Source of the DNA: Macrostomum lignano
Taxonomy: Eukaryota
Assembly: GCA_002269645.1 (NCBI GenBank)
Contig: NIVC01000391.1
Span: 1-64,000 of the forward strand
Direction of reading: 5' to 3'
DNA length: 64,000 nucleotides
The notes beneath the pieces are model-generated. The model saw only the letters and a program-made list of their open reading frames with translations. It did no database searches and was not told where the DNA came from. Numbering within the stretch: the stretch's first letter is position 1; every line of letters starts with the position of its first letter. This document shows, piece after piece, positions 59,870 through 64,000 of this stretch. The position numbers and the translations under genes were made by a program.

Positions 59870-60065
59870 CGGTGTCTTGATTACGGGGCAAATCTCCAGG
59901 CATCAATTTAATGTGACCGATCTGTCACTAGAACGGTGTCTTGATTCCGGGCAAATCTCCAGGCATCAATTTAATGTGACCGATCTGTCACTAGAACGGT
60001 GTCTTGATTCCGGGCAAATCTCCAGGCATCAATTTAATGTGACCGATCTGTCACTAGAACGGTGC
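59870..60065. repeat. 63-bp unit, three copies
   Basis: AACGGTGTCTTGATTCCGGGCAAATCTCCAGGCATCAATTTAATGTGACCGATCTGTCACTAG. Confidence 0.93.
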
Positions 60066-63000
60066 ACACCTTTTCAAGGCCCCAATGCTGACTTGGAATA
60101 CCCAGCGGTGGGGAGCCGGCTGCCTTGATCAATGATGCATGGCAGCTGGCCGCTCAAATAGCTGCTCAGGCATCATTAACTCTATCCCCCTCTGTCCCCC
60201 GCTCTCCCCAATGCCCGCAGTGTATTATAAGCTGTCTATTTTGCTGCTCACGGCCTAAGAACCGTTTCACCCTCGGTCGGAGGAAGAATCTCCCACGCCG
60301 ATCTATATTATATAGGAGGGAAATCCCCAAGCGGGAAGAATCGATATTGACTCTAGGCCATCGCCAGCGCGCACCTAGCAGGTGTACTGAGCCGCTCCCA
60401 ACACCCCACTCCTCCGCGTTCACGCCTGATCGGCGCTTCTGCCGCTTTTGCGCGTCATCATTTGGGCCGCTTTTCCCCAAAAAGTACTTTTTGCTAGGCG
60501 CGGCCAAACCGAACGCATTCCGAGTCACCGGCACTAGGGCTGGGAGAAAATAACAACTGCGGGGCTACGAAGAAATCTGGGCAGGGGGGGGGGCGGCTTC
60601 TCGTAGATCCTCGGGGTCACTTTTTCCCAAAATCCTGTGCCTGCTTTTCTTCCCTTCCCTCTTTCTCTTCAATGGCCGCTTGCTACCAAAGGACAGGGCA
60701 GGTTCCCGCCCTGTCCTTCCCTGACTCTCCCGGCCGTCCGCCCCGCTCCCCCTTTCTCGTGCAATAAAACGCACTCCGATCCGCGGATCAGCCCGAATTC
60801 CCCGGGGGATAACTCGATGCAGCGGCATTACGTCAGGCGGATATACGGGGAGGACAGGGCATTCAGAAGCGGACAGGATGTGCCGAAATTGCAATAAAAT
60901 AAGGAAGAGAAACGTGCGGCCCTGCACTTCAGGAGGGAAGGAAATGATAACGGATAGTTTAAACCCGGTAAAAAACTTGGCCCGATGCTCGAATTTCTGG
61001 TGGTAAGACGCTGAAAGAGATGATGCGAGAATTCGCTCCCTTCAGCTCAAAAGTACATTTACTGTTGACACTTATAGAACTTCTTTGGAGGAAGACTGTA
61101 CAGTATGGAAGTCAAGTAAAATTCGGGTTATCTCATAAAGACCCCTGTTCCTAATTTGCTATAGAAGAATATTAAGATACGTAAATGCCTAAAGATGTAT
61201 AAATTTTCGCCCATATTATTTGGTAACTTAAATTCAGGGAATCAAATAGACTCGTTCATGAAGCTATCATATATACCAAAAATTAATATAATCACAGCAA
61301 AATACAAATTTATTTATTTCTTGAGCTGATATATAAATTTGAGCATTTTCGTATGAAATGAAAAATCCTCACACATGCGCACCAACTCGATCAATCGCGA
61401 CAAAATACTTGATCAACTACAGTTGCCAACTCAGAGTGCCAGCCAGTAGCTAGCTTCTCTTTTATATCATGAAATCATTTATAAAAATGGAAGCATTATT
61501 ACTAAATAGAAATATTTATTAAACACAAAAAATCGTGCGTCTATTGAAAAAAAATTGAAAAATTCTGAACTGACAAACAGACGAAGTTTCTAAATGTCAT
61601 ATGTGATGCAGCATTGCAACCCTAAACATGTACATAGAAACTTAATACCTTTTTTAAAAAGTTTTCTAATGAAACGTTTGATCGCCATAATAAATTCAAT
61701 GAAGTTTAAATAGTAAAATCTTCATCTCTACACATTTAGCAATTCAGTTAGCCTGTAAAATGAAAATTTACAGTTCCTACTGTCCATATTTTTATAGCTA
61801 ATTTAAGCATTATTTTCTTGTACCTGTATATCTTGAATAATAAAAAAAGAAAAGTAACTATATATATTGAGTCATAATCATTATATTTATAAACTATTTA
61901 AAAATCAGCTAAATACACGCAAAAATTTTATGAGAGCTTCGAAAAACCTGGTTTGATTAAGGTAGCTAATCGTCTTAGTAATACACTAAAGAAAATGTTA
62001 TAAAAAGTTTCATTTCAAATTAAAATGAAATATGGGTACGTGAAAGTTTTTTGGGTACGTCGTGGCTGCAATAAAATGTAACAGATACCGCTCTGTTATT
62101 CTTAACACAGTCCTTCAAACCCTTGCACGTGGGCTTCCCGACTCAAAATGCAACTCTGCGATATTCAAATAAATAACACGATGTTTATCGAGCGCGCTAT
62201 AACACAAGCAAACTTTCAAAAAATGTATCTGCGGAAATAAATAATCAAACGTAAATAACTGTATGTAGGCTCTTTTTCCCTTATATAGTGTAAATAAACT
62301 GCAAGTAAAATATGTGATTGGTGACGCTGGCGCGAAAAGAAATAAACTACATTTGAAGAATTTTTTTAATAAATTATTCCTGACTAATGGAGTCATTTTT
62401 AAGACCTATCTAATATGTTTTTGTAAACTGCATGACTTTACCAATAAAATTAAATTTTATTTATTCTAATATCTAGGTGTACTACCCGTCTACCTGTAAA
62501 TATTATAACATTTATTTTAGTAATCTGGACATACAGTATAGTCTGAAATTAAATTTAGTTCAGCTTAGTAGTCTGAGTCTTACTGACAGTCGACAGATAC
62601 TGATATGAATAAACTGCCAGACGAGTTACTACTTAGAATATTTCAACTTCTTGAGTGCCAAGAGATTTCCCAAATATCAAGGTATGTTTTTCATTTTGTC
62701 TCTCAGCTCAGGCTTATTGCTTTTAAAAAAAAACAAATGTGATACTGATAGTGATATGCATTAATGCATATTCCTGATAATCACTGATGTGGGTTAAGTA
62801 ATATAGACAGTATTTTACAAGAAGCAAAAATAAGTAAGAAAAAATTACTTTTGTAGTAATGAAATAGAAAATTAAGTATATATACTATTACAAAATTTAA
62901 AGAGTATTTTGTCCTAGGCCTAGGGCTTTTTCTTGTCTTTTATAAACATTCTGCTGCTGCTGCCACCAAATTTGTAATAGGGGTTTGGTTCTACCTTCTA

Positions 63001-63399
63001 AGATAATTTCACAGCTGTCACCAAGTTGTAATAGCTCTGATATTTCTATCCCACCTACCCTACCATTAACTACCAAGTTGTAACTTGTAATAGGGGTTCT
63101 TTAATAATAGTTTTGCACTTTTTCTAGGAATTATTGGTTTAATTATAATAAAACACTTTTTGGTATCATTTCTAGTGTATTTTGGCCTGAAAGGTTCTGT
63201 ACTCTCTAAATCTTACTATTATATTATAGGCCCTATGTTTTATTATTCTTAACAAAAAAAGCTAATATAATCCTAAATTCCTAACAATGGGATTTCTCCA
63301 CAATATATTTAATGCTTAAATTAATGTTCATTTAAAGGTAAATATTCTTGTCTTTTTGTGATAGTCACAATCAAAAATTGTTAGTACCTAAATAAGTAG

Positions 63400-63990
63400 C
63401 ATTTGTAATACCAAACAAGCTTACTTGACTTAGCTGCAGGGTGGCAGGGAGGTGAGGGTTGTCTATTTTGCTAGCCCTTGAAGGCCCACAGACAGGCAGA
63501 GGCATGGGGTTGGTCAGGTGGTCTGCCAGTCCATCTTGCAGCGTGATCTTCTGTGGAAAAGAAAGTGCCTCATCTTGTTGCCTAAAAGAACTAGATGAGC
63601 CTTGGGATGCTGTTGGGCTGGCAGACCTCATCAAGGTAGCATAGCCAGTCTCTGGACTCTAGTAAAGAAAAAGCAGTGACAAACAAAGTGCTAAGCATCT
63701 TCATTGTTGTACTTGCAAAAAGGGCAAAGTTAACTCTTGAGGTTGCCTTAGAAGAAGCAGTGTCTGGCAAGGTAGCCATGGCCAGTAAAGGTCATGACAA
63801 AGGCTCAAATATCCTTCCAATTTTGGTTCAGAAGAATGTTTCCCAGAGCCAGAGCCATCCCTCTTGGTGAGGATGTCTGCCAACTCATTCCCCAGAAACC
63901 CTGCCTGTCTTGGGATCCACTTCAGCCTGACAGTACTGCTACTGCCCAGGAGGTTGAGCTTCCAGGCACAGTAGGTTCAATTGGTCAATT
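63400..63990 (-). mobile_element. Decayed RNase H-containing non-LTR retrotransposon fragment (I/R1/Loa-type C-terminus)
   Basis: Minus-strand translation YCAWKLNLLGSSSTVRLKWIPRQAGFLGNELADILTKRDG matches the LINE RNase H end (V.L.WVPGH.G..GNE.AD.LAK.G); downstream frames are broken, with a possibly degenerate zinc-knuckle region. Confidence 0.7.
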
Positions 63991-64000
63991 TAATTTTAAC

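Overview
Eukaryotic (animal) genomic DNA, not prokaryotic: GT-AG spliced genes with GC-rich codons sit in a very dense patchwork of micro- and minisatellites. The tropomyosin sequence and genome texture suggest a free-living flatworm such as Macrostomum (inference). Four protein-coding genes can be supported by manual exon assembly. (1) A tropomyosin gene on the minus strand (133-9661, 3' exons off the left edge) with long and short first exons and two interleaved, staggered exon tracks covering residues 125-234. (2) A complete 6-exon LCAT/lysosomal phospholipase A2 (PLA2G15-like) gene on the minus strand (14028-18983, 430 aa). (3) A secreted Gly/Tyr/His-rich repeat protein nested antisense in intron 2 of that gene (17233-17820). 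(4) A GAF-GAF-catalytic PDE2-type phosphodiesterase on the minus strand (18 phase-consistent exons, 21852-36997; 5' end unresolved). Also present: a decayed RTE-type LINE, a decayed RNase H-bearing LINE, a hAT-like MITE with an 8-bp TSD, a foldback MITE and about 35 tandem arrays. Most long ORFs in the supplied track are read-throughs of tandem repeats. The most striking observation is the tropomyosin architecture: exons lie in the order 4,[4+5],[5+6],[6+7],7. This looks like four duplicated exon pairs in which the introns between pairs were lost, leaving only two complete splice paths. No rRNA, tRNA or CRISPR array was recognised. Array boundaries are approximate; exon boundaries were counted by hand.
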